Assembly (NCBI GenBank): GCA_963703285.1
Contig: OY969807.1
Location: 2,048,001-2,112,000, forward strand
DNA from: an uncultured Nitrososphaerota archaeon
GTDB taxonomy: Archaea > Thermoproteota > Nitrososphaeria > Nitrososphaerales > Gagatemarchaeaceae
Length of the DNA stretch: 64,000 nt
Direction: 5' to 3'
Shown here: positions 1 to 9,594 of the stretch, one piece after another
How positions within the stretch are numbered: the stretch's first letter is position 1
Layout: each line of letters starts with the position of its first letter
Notes under the pieces: model-generated
Seen by the model: the letters and a program-made list of their open reading frames with translations, nothing else
Databases searched by the model: none
What the model was told of the DNA's origin: nothing
Made by a program: the position numbers and the translations under genes

Positions 1-77
1 GACCTGCTTTTGACGAGGTAATCCTTTGCCTCGTCCTCGGTCATGCCTACCCCCGCCTCAGCTTCCCGGACTCTCAT
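1..77 (-). CDS. 5' end of a gene running off the window, possibly pyridoxamine 5'-phosphate oxidase-like
   Basis: Minus-strand ATG at 77 reads MRVREAEAGVGMTEDEAKDYLVKSR to the window edge; AT-rich box upstream. Confidence 0.4.
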   Translation of the reverse strand, partial: MRVREAEAGVGMTEDEAKDYLVKSR

Positions 78-168
78 GGAACGGACCCGGAAGAGACATG
101 CATATTTCCTCTCGTTTTTTCGCTTGCTAGCATCTGCGGTTTCCCGGCCCAGGGGCGTCCAATGCTGC

Positions 169-1410
169 TCAGGACTCTATACCGCCCAGGCGTAGGGGTA
201 TTCCAAAGTTCTCGTACACCGCCCGCTCGACCGGGCCGACCATCGCGTCGATTTCGGAGCGCAGCTGAACCTGTTCCTCCCCCGTCTCCTTCGATTCGAG
301 CTTCACCCTCCCGATGGCTTCTCCAGCCTCCCTTAGTTTTGCCTCCAGCCCCTTGAAATCCTCAACCACGGTCGTGTTCACCCTCGACTGGAGCGCCTCC
401 ATCCGTCCCGTGAGCGCCCTGTACTCCTGTCCGAGCCTGGGCAGTTCACCCATCATCTCCTCTATGCTCGATACAGTCTTCTCCGGATTCTTAATCTCAA
501 TTTGGCCCAGCAGGATGTGCCTCCTTAGGTCGGCCAGGATCTCTAGAATCGCCGGATCCATCGTGGCGGACAGGACACTGGGGGTCTCGCCGATGTAGGC
601 GTCGAGGAGACGCCTCTTCTCATTGCTCAGATCTGCCATGTAGCCGTATTTTCCTATGGGCCTCGTCAGAGATGAAAAACCGTTGTGGACCCTGGAGGAG
701 ATCTCCGTTCGCCTGTTTTCCAGCTCCAAGAGCTCTCCCCTCACCTTCACCGAAGCCTCGAATTCGCGCGTAGACTTGATATGCTCAATCTGGATTTCGA
801 TGCTGGCTCGAGTCGATTCGAGGGACTGCAGGTGGTCCTCTGAAGCCTTCAGCTTCCCGGCCATCTCCCGCACCTCCTTGACCCGAGCCGTAAGCAGCTT
901 GGCCTGGTCCTGGCAGTGCTTCAGGGCAGTCACCTTGGACGAATGAGTCTTTATGAGAGTGTTCAGCCTCGCGATATCACCGTCTATCTGCTTCCACTGG
1001 GCATACACCCTTACCGAGTAGCTTCTCGCATCCTTCTTCGCGATACGCTTGTAGTTGCTCCATAGCTCGCCCAGGTGCGTCATGTCCTGAGCGACCCCAT
1101 CGCGCAACTCCGCGATGTCCTCGAAAGTCAGTACCTCCTTGGTTGTGTCATCTACCACCTTGTCGATGGCGAGACTCAGCGCGCTCCTCTTGGACTCTCC
1201 CACCATCTCCTCTATGACTTGCTTAATCGAGAGTATCGAGCCCTGTATGCGTCTGCGAATCTGGTCACCCTGTCCGCATATTCCGCGGAGTTCATCATTG
1301 ACCCTATCCGCCACCCAGGAGTCAAGCTCGTCGATGGGGACCCTCTGCTCTTCTTCCACCTTTTTCTTCTTCTCGAAGATCTTGAAAAAACTCAAGAGCC
1401 CTGCCTTCAT
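169..1410 (-). CDS. Long coiled-coil hypothetical protein
   Basis: 413-aa ORF rich in E/K/L/R heptads; no Walker motif seen. Confidence 0.8.
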   Translation of the reverse strand: MKAGLLSFFKIFEKKKKVEEEQRVPIDELDSWVADRVNDELRGICGQGDQIRRRIQGSILSIKQVIEEMVGESKRSALSLAIDKVVDDTTKEVLTFEDIAELRDGVAQDMTHLGELWSNYKRIAKKDARSYSVRVYAQWKQIDGDIARLNTLIKTHSSKVTALKHCQDQAKLLTARVKEVREMAGKLKASEDHLQSLESTRASIEIQIEHIKSTREFEASVKVRGELLELENRRTEISSRVHNGFSSLTRPIGKYGYMADLSNEKRRLLDAYIGETPSVLSATMDPAILEILADLRRHILLGQIEIKNPEKTVSSIEEMMGELPRLGQEYRALTGRMEALQSRVNTTVVEDFKGLEAKLREAGEAIGRVKLESKETGEEQVQLRSEIDAMVGPVERAVYENFGIPLRLGGIES

Positions 1411-1431
1411 GCTTCGGCTGTTCTATTATAG

Positions 1432-1654
1432 TCAATCGGTCGTCGTTCGAGGGAATCGTGAGTCGTCCTTGACGCATCTGTGCGCATCCATGTGAACGCC
1501 TGTGCGCCGGTTCTTCTCCACTTCCTCCACGGGACGAGGTATGTTCCTGACCTGCTTCAGGAAGGATTCGGATTGCGAGGGGCTGGTGAGGCGACACGTA
1601 GCGACCACGAGGACGACCAGCGCGACTGCAATCGCGATTGCAAAGACTCATCAT
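1432..1654 (-). pseudogene. Small single-TM protein gene with disrupted start
   Basis: Frame 1647-1432 reads VFAIAIAVALVVLVVATCRLTSPSQ...TTTD*; the nearest ATGATG (1654) is one base out of frame. Confidence 0.35.
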
Positions 1655-1891
1655 TTGTGCCCCCTAGGTGGCACAAGACCTTCGTTCTCGTCTTCTAGGT
1701 ACTACGTCGTGTACCTCCTTCCTACATCCAGTCCTCTCTTGCGCTCAGCGTAGATGCTTGACCTCACAAAAACCCGCAGTTTGTGCTCCCTAGGTGGCAC
1801 AAGACCTCGTTCTCGTCGTCTAGGTACTACGTCGTGTACCTCCCCCATATATCCGGTTCTCTCTTGCGCTCAGCGCATATGATTGACCTCA
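1654..1891 (+). repeat. Imperfect tandem duplication (~113 bp x2) of a promoter/operator region plus start codon
   Basis: 1654-1766 vs 1780-1891; both carry TTGTGC...GCACAA and AGGTAC...GTACCT inverted repeats and end in ATG(C/A)TTGACCTCA. Confidence 0.9.
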
Positions 1892-2196
1892 GCCAAGTCG
1901 CCCTTGCCTATGGTTTCGGAATCCTCGGCGCCGTGGGAATCGTCTGCGTCGACACCATCATCCGGATGTTCAAGGGCGACGTCATGGAGCAGCTCTTCAG
2001 GTTCATGGTCGCAGGTTTCGGGCTGATAACCCTGGTCGGGTTGGGGGACGCCGTCCTGCTCACGGTCGGTGAGAACGTCCCATCGGGTACGCTTCTGGCT
2101 TCGGCCCTCATGGTCTCCTTCGCTCTCCTCCTGGTCGGTCTGGTCCGACTCATCCAATGGAACGAGAGCTCGAAGGTCTCGACGGTCATTGCCTGA
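1879..2196 (+). CDS. Small 3-TM membrane protein
   Basis: ATG 1879 about 30 nt after CATATATC; three hydrophobic segments; upstream in-frame sequence is the repeat. Confidence 0.75.
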   Translation: MIDLSQVALAYGFGILGAVGIVCVDTIIRMFKGDVMEQLFRFMVAGFGLITLVGLGDAVLLTVGENVPSGTLLASALMVSFALLLVGLVRLIQWNESSKVSTVIA

Positions 2197-2284
2197 CGGA
2201 GCGCACAGCGACCGGTGGCCGGGCCGGAGAGCTCGCTGAGAAGAGACTTATACGCACGTTTCCCGCGCGCAACCGCTAAAGGGA

Positions 2285-2848
2285 TTGGAAGCGCCTTCCG
2301 ACGGCAAGCGGGAGCAGAAGAGGATCAAGACCGTCCTGAGGACCATAAGGCTCCCCGAGGACCTCGAGGCGAAGCTCGGGGGCTTGGCGGCGAACAAGGG
2401 AATAGCGCTGAACGCCCTGGTCTCATCCGTCTTGAACAAGTACGTCCTCTGGGACAACCTCACCGAGCGGTTTGGCTTCGTGACGATCCCGAAGGCGCAG
2501 TTCCAGGATCTGGTCAACGCCGTCGACCCCGCCAAGCTCGAGGAGCTGGCGAGGGTTCACTCGCACCAGTTGACGAAGGACATGATGATGTTCTGGTTCC
2601 AGGATGTCAGGGCCGACGACTTCCTAGAGTATCTCAAGATGAGGGGTCGCTACGGGCTGGACATCAAGGTGGAGCTCAAGCGGGAGGGCTCCAACTTCAC
2701 GCTCATCGTGACCCATGACTTTGGGCCGCACTACACGGCCTACCTTAGGACCGCCCTGGACTCAGAGTTCCGCACGCTCTTCAAGATCATCCCGACCATC
2801 GACGCCACCGAGTCGTCGGTCATGGTCAAGGCCACGCTTCAGACCTGA
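2285..2848 (+). CDS. Ribbon-helix-helix transcriptional regulator with C-terminal ligand-binding (V4R-like) domain
   Basis: N-terminal RTIRLPEDLEAKL...GIALNALVSSVL RHH pattern; CTTATAC box upstream. Confidence 0.75.
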   Translation: MEAPSDGKREQKRIKTVLRTIRLPEDLEAKLGGLAANKGIALNALVSSVLNKYVLWDNLTERFGFVTIPKAQFQDLVNAVDPAKLEELARVHSHQLTKDMMMFWFQDVRADDFLEYLKMRGRYGLDIKVELKREGSNFTLIVTHDFGPHYTAYLRTALDSEFRTLFKIIPTIDATESSVMVKATLQT

Positions 2849-2875
2849 CCGGGGGCGACGGGCTCTTGGTCGTCA

Positions 2876-3217
2876 TCAGCCCTCGGTGCGATCAGGCGGA
2901 CTAGGAGCGGCTGAGTCGGTCTGCACGGAGTAGCCGACCTCGCCATTGGAAAGAAGGATCGGCGCCACCAGCCCCCTGTACTGAGGAGGCACGAACATCC
3001 CGAATGTGAATTCGTCCGAGTAGATTACGGCTTCGCACCGCGCGCATTCGAAGAGCCTCACTGGGGGGAGGTCTTCGTCCGGGACGGTCCCCCTCAGTCG
3101 CAGGGCGTCCTCCTGCGGGAGCTCCGTCACAGGTTCCCGGCATCCCTGGCAGATGACGACCCCTGGAGGCTGTCCCGCTGGCCCGACCAGGTCGTCTTCT
3201 TCAGTTCTCATCCCCAA
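2876..3217 (-). CDS. Small zinc-ribbon hypothetical protein
   Basis: CQGC and CARC motifs in a 113-aa ORF. Confidence 0.55.
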   Translation of the reverse strand: MGMRTEEDDLVGPAGQPPGVVICQGCREPVTELPQEDALRLRGTVPDEDLPPVRLFECARCEAVIYSDEFTFGMFVPPQYRGLVAPILLSNGEVGYSVQTDSAAPSPPDRTEG

Positions 3218-3544
3218 TCCTCGTGTTCGCTGGGTTCCGGAGGTAGATAACGAGGAGGTTCACATAGAGGGCGTAACAGCGATACTCGACTGGATAGTGA
3301 TACATAGTACACAATCTCCTCTGCAAAGGCCCCAAGTTGAGCAGATGTGGGTTAGAATTCTCGGATAAACACGCCGTTCCATGTAATTCTCGCAGGAATT
3401 GGGCCTCCCCGTGGAAGACCCTTGCGCTAATGACCACGTTTTTGCGGCCCAGGGAATTCCTGTGCTCATCGCTGGTCAATGGCAAGAGATCCGTTTGCTC
3501 GTCTTGAAAGGAATAATTATCGCGTCATAGCCTCATAGACGTAC

Positions 3545-3706
3545 TTGTCCGATTACGCGTCAGAGGAAGAGAAACTGAGGAAGCTCTACGACCGAGCGCG
3601 CGCACAGGGAAACAGGAAGAAGAAAAAGGAATACAGGGAGAAGATTGCCGAGCTTAACCGGCTTCACAAGTCAGCCCAACGGGAAAGCAACAGATCGGAG
3701 AACTAG
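3545..3706 (+). CDS. 53-aa basic helical protein (below ORF-track cutoff)
   Basis: TTG start reads SDYASEEEKLRKLYDRARAQGNRKKKKEYREKIAELNRLHK...; AATAATTAT box ~30 nt upstream. Confidence 0.55.
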   Translation: MSDYASEEEKLRKLYDRARAQGNRKKKKEYREKIAELNRLHKSAQRESNRSEN

Positions 3707-3857
3707 TAGGGTGGAGGTGAGGAAATGTCGGGGTTCACGACGGAATCGCCCAACAAACAATCTGTCATGTTGGCGGGGTCCGGCAGGTGCGAGAGTCTGA
3801 TTGAAGCCCTGGAGGTCAGGTCATCCAATGGATCCCGAGTCGTGCAGTGCTTTGCTC

Positions 3858-4058
3858 CTAGTCATCACCTGCGATTGCAACCAGCCAGACCACGGCGACC
3901 AAGAGAAACGCGATACCTGCGTAGAGGAAGCTCCCTGTCAGGAACCAGACGATAGCGGCGATGAAAATCGCGGGCAACAGGACGATTGCAGCGGCGATGA
4001 GCACTGCGATGACCAATATGCCTGCCGCCAGGAATATTATCCCGAGGACGGGGGCTAC
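3858..4058 (-). pseudogene. Small hydrophobic membrane protein lacking a start codon
   Basis: Reads VAPVLGIIFLAAGILVIAVLIAAAIVLLPAIFIAAIVWFLTGSFLYAGIAFLLVAVVWLVAIAGDD*; no in-frame start before the upstream TAA. Confidence 0.55.
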
Positions 4059-4160
4059 ACCATCGTAATCTTCGAGACGGACCGTGAAGGCTTAAGAGTG
4101 ATAACGGCCTTGAAGAGCAACAGTGAGGGAGCGAAAAGGTATGGCTTCACTGGAATTTGA
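4053..4160 (+). pseudogene. C-terminal remnant of a DUF4258/RelE-like toxin
   Basis: YTIVIFETDREGLRVITA pattern; overlaps the start of a DUF2283 gene. Confidence 0.45.
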
Positions 4161-4338
4161 TGAGGAGGCGGGTGCGCTCTACCTGCGGCTTAGGAAGGGC
4201 AAGATAACCTCCAGCGAGCCCCTCGCGGACAACGTGATTCTGGACATCGATAAGAAGGGAAAGCTCCTAGGGCTTGAACTCCTTCTCCCGAGGGAAATCA
4301 AGCCGGACGTAAAGGCGAAGCTCCTGAAGGCAGTCTGA
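4141..4338 (+). CDS. DUF2283 family protein (putative antitoxin)
   Basis: FDEEAGALYLRL...DNVILDIDKKGKLLGLELL signature. Confidence 0.85.
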   Translation: MASLEFDEEAGALYLRLRKGKITSSEPLADNVILDIDKKGKLLGLELLLPREIKPDVKAKLLKAV

Positions 4339-4742
4339 CAGTCGCCAGATTGCTTGGCGGGAAGATCATTCCTTAACAATCGGGTGCGGTCAGGCACGAG
4401 GCTTCTGCATCCAGTGCAACGGGGAACGTGGGCACCCAGGTGGCGTGGTGCCGGTTAGTTTGGTTGTTGCGGCCTGGCCTAGGGGTGACCTCGCTTCTTG
4501 ATGGCCTTCGGCGTGGGTCTATCTAGTCCGTACTCGGCGGGCTTCTCTCCCTTGGCGGACTCCTTACTGGGCTTGAATCTCGGCTTGGGTTTCGCAGGCA
4601 TTGTCCTAAGCCTTGGGTGCACGACGATATGAACCTAGCTGCCAGGTAACGTCCAGACCGAGAAGGGCGAGGGTGGCACGGGCTACTCAGCACGCTCTTG
4701 CCCCAAAAACCAAGTGCCTGATGGCAACTTGGTTCCTGAGCC

Positions 4743-5141
4743 TCAGACTTCGGACAACTTGAGGCAGGTGATTCTTCCTGCACGAGTAGTAAACTTGGAG
4801 TTTATCAGGCCCGTCAGATTACCATAGCAGGACGCCGGGACAACGATGAAGAATGGAATCTCACGTTTATCCTGAGTCATGAAGAGGTCTGAAAAGGCCC
4901 GGATCTGCGCAAGGGTTTGCTCATTTGAAAGGAATTCGCAAGTCTCCGCTTCGCCTACGGCAATCAAACCATCGGATCGATTCGCGATTACGTCCGGAAT
5001 GCGCCCCCCGACTTTGACGGGCTCTTGGTAACCTCCAATTCCAGCCACGTGCGTCACTGTCCAACCCTTGCTCTTCAAGTAATCCACCAACCCTCGAACT
5101 AGTCTTTGGTGGAGTGAGCTCGACCCCTGTACGGTGGACAT
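4743..5141 (-). CDS. PD-(D/E)XK nuclease-fold protein
   Basis: HQRLV...YLKSKGW...IPDVIA...VGEAET; ATG 5141 with CTTAATA ~30 nt upstream; lower GC. Confidence 0.6.
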   Translation of the reverse strand: MSTVQGSSSLHQRLVRGLVDYLKSKGWTVTHVAGIGGYQEPVKVGGRIPDVIANRSDGLIAVGEAETCEFLSNEQTLAQIRAFSDLFMTQDKREIPFFIVVPASCYGNLTGLINSKFTTRAGRITCLKLSEV

Positions 5142-5427
5142 TTCAGAAGCCGCCGGCACTGTCCAAGTATTAAGGATGCCCTGACCAAATTCGGGGAGAA
5201 AGTGGCGACTGTCTCTACGGCCCATGGCTGAATTCTCGGTGGCATGTTGGCTTGCTCATTCGTGCTTTGTGGACCACTGAGCTTCATTGCGGGAGTGACT
5301 AATCTCAGTGAACGGGGACCAGAAAGCATTGAGTCACGGATGAGTCCGGCAACCTTCGCGCCAGGATAATGAGTCGTTTTGCAAAGTGTTATAGCGATTG
5401 GACGCAATCCATGTCGTCGAAGGTACC

Positions 5428-5808
5428 TTGGAGAGCTTGGAAGTGGTCAATTTCGACGAGCCTGACGAGACTCGCAAGTTTAGGAAGGGGAAAGTCGACA
5501 TCGCGAAGATTGACGGCGTAAGGGTTGGGCGCGCGGTCTATGAGCCCGGCTGGCGCTGGTCGACGTCCCTCAAACCGCAGCAGAAGACCGAGTGGTGCGA
5601 GGCCCAGCACTTCCAGTACCACCTCTCAGGCAGGCTGCACATCGAGACGAGCGACGGGAGGTCGAAGGTCGTCGAGCCCGGCGAGGTCTCGCTCGTGCCC
5701 TGCCCGCACGACGCTTGGGTCGTCGGGAAGGAACCGGTGGTCGTGATTGACTTTCAGGGCATGGCGCACTACGCAGAGCCAAGAAGGGCCGCTCCGTCGA
5801 GCAGCTGA
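5428..5808 (+). CDS. Cupin-domain protein
   Basis: EPGWRWS, CEAQHFQYHLSG and PHDAWVVG cupin motifs; start uncertain (5398 or 5428). Confidence 0.85.
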   Translation: MESLEVVNFDEPDETRKFRKGKVDIAKIDGVRVGRAVYEPGWRWSTSLKPQQKTEWCEAQHFQYHLSGRLHIETSDGRSKVVEPGEVSLVPCPHDAWVVGKEPVVVIDFQGMAHYAEPRRAAPSSS

Positions 5809-5885
5809 AGCGGATTCCTCACCGCCTGCCGTGGTTCCTGCAGGTGAACCCCGCGCGGCGCGCTCGATCAGGTCGACCGCCCCTC

Positions 5886-6573
5886 TCAGACAATTCTGCC
5901 CGCCATGAGGAGAAGCGCCGACGAGCACGTCAACGCTACCAGGAGCTTGAGTCCTGTCTCTGACCTTCGATATGAGGTGGCCGGAAGCCCCTGCTTCCGG
6001 GCGGATTCTCGCGAACCTGCTGAGCCGAATCTCCTCCCATGCGAGAGCGGCGGTCACAGCACCAACAGCTATCGCCGGGAGTGCGACCGTCGCGGCGTTG
6101 GCGAAGTAGCTCGTGACGGCGGGAAGGAATCCCCAGGCAAACGCAAAGCTCGGGTTGTTGTGGAATGCTCCGCCGAGCACCCTCGACGGCAGCGGATAGG
6201 CGACCGCGAAGAACACCCCCGCCGCTATGAAGGGGACCAGGAGCACGCTGACCGTGGCGGCGTAGTAGAGCCCTAGGGCAATCCCGCCCCCGAGCCCCAC
6301 GATTGCCATCGAGGTCAGCTCCCGCCTGCTCAGCCTCAAGACGTAGTGGCTCCCCTCAGGCTCGAGCTGGTCGAGGGCGTGGGCGCCAATCCCAAGGGCG
6401 AGGAGATAGGCGAGAAGGGTCGCGGCCAGCCTGACCGCGTGCACCTGGGGCGTGACTTCGGCCCCCATCAGGACGAAGGCCAGGACCATGGCGGTGTACG
6501 GAACGTGCAGGATGTTGTACAGGTCCCCGAGCTTCGTCCCCGAGGCAGTGAAGTACCAGGTCTTCCGCTCCAA
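5886..6573 (-). pseudogene. UbiA-like multi-TM membrane protein, frameshifted near 6003 (or sequencing error)
   Basis: LHVPYT...GAHALDQL; a plausible final TM helix (ETGLKLLVALTCSSALLLMAGRIV*) lies in the +1 frame. Confidence 0.65.
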
Positions 6574-6691
6574 GGAGTCTCACCCTAGACGGAGTGCCTC
6601 TGATATAAAGTAGGGGCCCCGGACGAGCCTGGCTATCGTAATCGATACTGTTCAAGATATAGTTATATAATCTATTCCTGCGGCCCTCGCC

Positions 6692-7336
6692 ATGCAAGAA
6701 GGGAGACGGTCCCCATCTCAGAGGGAGGGCGCGGGGCTCTTTGAAGGCGGGAGCCCACATCCTCAGGGCGCTCCGAGGGGTCTGCTTCAGTTCTACGCCA
6801 TTCTTAGCATCGCTCGCAAGCCGATGCGAGGCTACGACATCATGAAGGAGATCGAGAGCAAGACCGAGGGAGCCTGGCGGCCCGGACCCGGGGCGGTGTA
6901 TCCCGTGCTCCAGAAGCTCGCGAATCAGGGTTACATCAAGGTTCAGAAGGAGGCGAAGGGTGGCGCGCCCCGCGTCCTCTACGAGATAACGCCTGCCGGG
7001 CTCGAGAACATCGCCAACGCCAAGAAGATGATGAAATCGTCCACGGAACGGCTGAACCTCATGGGGAGGCTCTTCATCGACGTTATGGAGCCGGAAGACC
7101 TGGTGAGGTTCGTCCTCAACTCTTCGCAAATCCATATCGAGCTCGTCCGCATGATCATCGAATCCGAGAGAAGCGGCCTCAGCGACGAGGACAGGCTGTT
7201 CGTCCTTCGCCAGTACAGACTGAACCTGGAGAGGGAGCTTACCCACGCGGCGGCCCTGATCAAGAAGATGGAGGGTCGAACCGCCTCCGGGAATCACCTC
7301 GCCGGGGAAGCGGCGTCAGAGGGGAGAGGGCCTTGA
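6692..7336 (+). CDS. PadR family transcriptional regulator
   Basis: GYDIMKEI...WRPGPGAVYPVL...YEITPAG. Confidence 0.92.
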   Translation: MQEGRRSPSQREGAGLFEGGSPHPQGAPRGLLQFYAILSIARKPMRGYDIMKEIESKTEGAWRPGPGAVYPVLQKLANQGYIKVQKEAKGGAPRVLYEITPAGLENIANAKKMMKSSTERLNLMGRLFIDVMEPEDLVRFVLNSSQIHIELVRMIIESERSGLSDEDRLFVLRQYRLNLERELTHAAALIKKMEGRTASGNHLAGEAASEGRGP

Positions 7337-8388
7337 GCGCAACCACGCTGGCCTCGCCCGACCTGACCGCCGGAGGCGAGCCCATGATCAGGGTCGAGAG
7401 CCTGACGAAGAAGTTCGACGACTTCGTGGCGGTCGACAGCATCTCCTTCGATGTCAGGAAGGGCGAGATATTCGGCCTGCTCGGTCCCAACGGTGCAGGC
7501 AAGAGCACGACCCTGCGGATACTCTCCACGCTGGCGAGGCCCACCAAGGGGACGGCTTCGATTGGGGGCTACGACATCGTCAGGGACGACACCGAGGTTC
7601 GCAAGCTGATCGGCATCGTCTCCGAGAAGATGATAATGTACGATCGCCTGACGGCGAGGGAGAACCTCTGGTTCTTCGGAAGCCTCTTCGACATTCCTAG
7701 GGACGTGATGAAACCAAGGATCGACGAGCTCCTGGAGCTGGTCAAGCTGACCAAGTGGAAGAACGCACAGGTGGGGACGTTCTCGACCGGGATGCGGCAG
7801 AGGATGAACGTCGTGAGGGCCCTCCTGAACATGCCCCGCGTGCTGTTCCTGGACGAGCCGACCCTGGGACTGGACCCCCAGGCCTCCGTCGAGATTCGGG
7901 AGTTCGTGAAGAAGCTCAACAGGGAGAACGGGACCACGATAATCGTGACGACGCACACGATGGTCGACGCCGACATGCTCTGCGACCGCATAGCCATCAT
8001 CGACCACGGGAGGGTGGTCGCCCTGGACACCTCGGGCAACCTGAAGAAGCTGGTCTCCGGGGAGGACTCCACCGTCCTGAAGCTGGAGATCGCAAATCTC
8101 ACGACCGACCTCCTCGTGTCCCTCCGAACGCTCGACTGCGTGAAGTCCGCCTCTCAGGAGAGCTCCACCCAGATTCGGGTGATTGCGCGCGGCGACGACG
8201 CGTTCGACAGCGTGATTGACGCGGTGAGGAGGAAGGGAGGGAGGATAACGTCGATGGAGAACGTGCAGCCGACGCTCGAGGACGTCTTCCTGCACCTGAC
8301 GGGGCACGAGGTGAGAGACAGCGCCGACAGGAAGATCCCGCTGCAATCGCGCCATGGATTCGGCGCCGGGCCAGGGAGGATAAGGTGA
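7333..8388 (+). CDS. ABC-2/DrrA-type exporter ATP-binding subunit
   Basis: GPNGAGKS, FSTGMRQR, LFLDEPT; C-terminal PTLEDVFLHLTG. Confidence 0.95.
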   Translation: MSATTLASPDLTAGGEPMIRVESLTKKFDDFVAVDSISFDVRKGEIFGLLGPNGAGKSTTLRILSTLARPTKGTASIGGYDIVRDDTEVRKLIGIVSEKMIMYDRLTARENLWFFGSLFDIPRDVMKPRIDELLELVKLTKWKNAQVGTFSTGMRQRMNVVRALLNMPRVLFLDEPTLGLDPQASVEIREFVKKLNRENGTTIIVTTHTMVDADMLCDRIAIIDHGRVVALDTSGNLKKLVSGEDSTVLKLEIANLTTDLLVSLRTLDCVKSASQESSTQIRVIARGDDAFDSVIDAVRRKGGRITSMENVQPTLEDVFLHLTGHEVRDSADRKIPLQSRHGFGAGPGRIR

Positions 8389-8394
8389 GTCCGG

Positions 8395-9594
8395 ATGGGG
8401 GCCAAGAGTCTTCTTTCGCACAGCTTCAGAATCGCCTGGAAGGACCTGGTCGAGCTCAAGAGGAACAGGTTCGGTCTGGTCCTGCTCATCGTGATGCCCC
8501 TGTTCATGCTGGCGCTGGTCGGTTTCATCTACCCGACGAGCGGGAGTTCGGTCAGCAACGTCCCCGTCGCGGTCGTCGACCTGGACACCGGTTACCACAA
8601 CTCGACGATAGGGAGCCAGACCTTCGTCTCGGTCCTGGACCAGATCAACGGCAAGACGGGCATGATGAAACTCTCGTCCGTGCCGAGCGTCTCCGACGTC
8701 AGAACCTCGATCCAGAGCGGCAAACTCGAAGGCGCGATCATAATCCCGAGCAACTTCACGCAAAGCCTCCTCAGCGGTAAGCAGGGCGCGGTGACTATCA
8801 TGACCGACCAGTCCAACCCCCAGGTGTCCGCCACCATTCAGACGCTCTTGTCCGGGGTCTTCGGCGAGATGAGCACGGCGTTAGCCCAGCAGAACGTCCA
8901 GGCTCTCAGTCCGACGGTCAACGCGACCGACTCCCTGGCGATAGTCCAGCCATACAGGGTTCAGATGCAGGGCGTCGTTCCCGGTGCCTCCAACTACTTC
9001 GACTTTCTCGCTCCAGGCATAATGGCCATGGTCGTCATGATGAGCGTCATGACCGGCCTGCCCGGTGCGATATCTCAGGAGAAGGAGATCGGCACCATGG
9101 ACGGCATGATGGTGGCCCCCATAAACAGGCTGTCGGTCATCCTGGGGAAGACCCTCAGCCAGACGGTCAGAGGAATGCTCCAGGGAGCCATAATCCTGGT
9201 TCTGGCGGTCCTGCTGTTCGGCGTGACCATACATGGGAACGTCATCCTGGTCTTCGGATTGCTTCTGCTGGGCGTGTTCAGCTTCGTCGGTCTGGGGATA
9301 GTGCTTACGTCGTTCGCGAAGGACCAGCAGACCGCAACGATGCTGATGACCACGCTGATGTTCCCGATGATGTTCCTCAGTGGTGTGTTCTTCCCGATAC
9401 AGCAGATGCCCTGGTACATGCAGGACATATCGAAAATCCTTCCGCTCACCTACGCATCGGACGCCCTGAGGAAGGTCATGGTTCTGGGCGCTGGGATAGG
9501 AGACATCACCACGGACCTGGCGATTTTGATAGCTTTCGGAGCTGTGCTGACCGCGATCGCCGTCCCCGTGTTCAGGCGACAGATGACAAGGTAG
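8395..9594 (+). CDS. ABC-2 type exporter permease
   Basis: N-terminal TM, large outer loop, EKEIGT motif, FLSGVFFP, PLTY; follows the ATPase. Confidence 0.93.
   Translation: MGAKSLLSHSFRIAWKDLVELKRNRFGLVLLIVMPLFMLALVGFIYPTSGSSVSNVPVAVVDLDTGYHNSTIGSQTFVSVLDQINGKTGMMKLSSVPSVSDVRTSIQSGKLEGAIIIPSNFTQSLLSGKQGAVTIMTDQSNPQVSATIQTLLSGVFGEMSTALAQQNVQALSPTVNATDSLAIVQPYRVQMQGVVPGASNYFDFLAPGIMAMVVMMSVMTGLPGAISQEKEIGTMDGMMVAPINRLSVILGKTLSQTVRGMLQGAIILVLAVLLFGVTIHGNVILVFGLLLLGVFSFVGLGIVLTSFAKDQQTATMLMTTLMFPMMFLSGVFFPIQQMPWYMQDISKILPLTYASDALRKVMVLGAGIGDITTDLAILIAFGAVLTAIAVPVFRRQMTR

Noticed and set aside
1654-1891. Possible mini-CRISPR or RNA gene
   Set aside because: Only two long imperfect copies, no repeat-spacer structure, no cas genes; the unit includes a gene start
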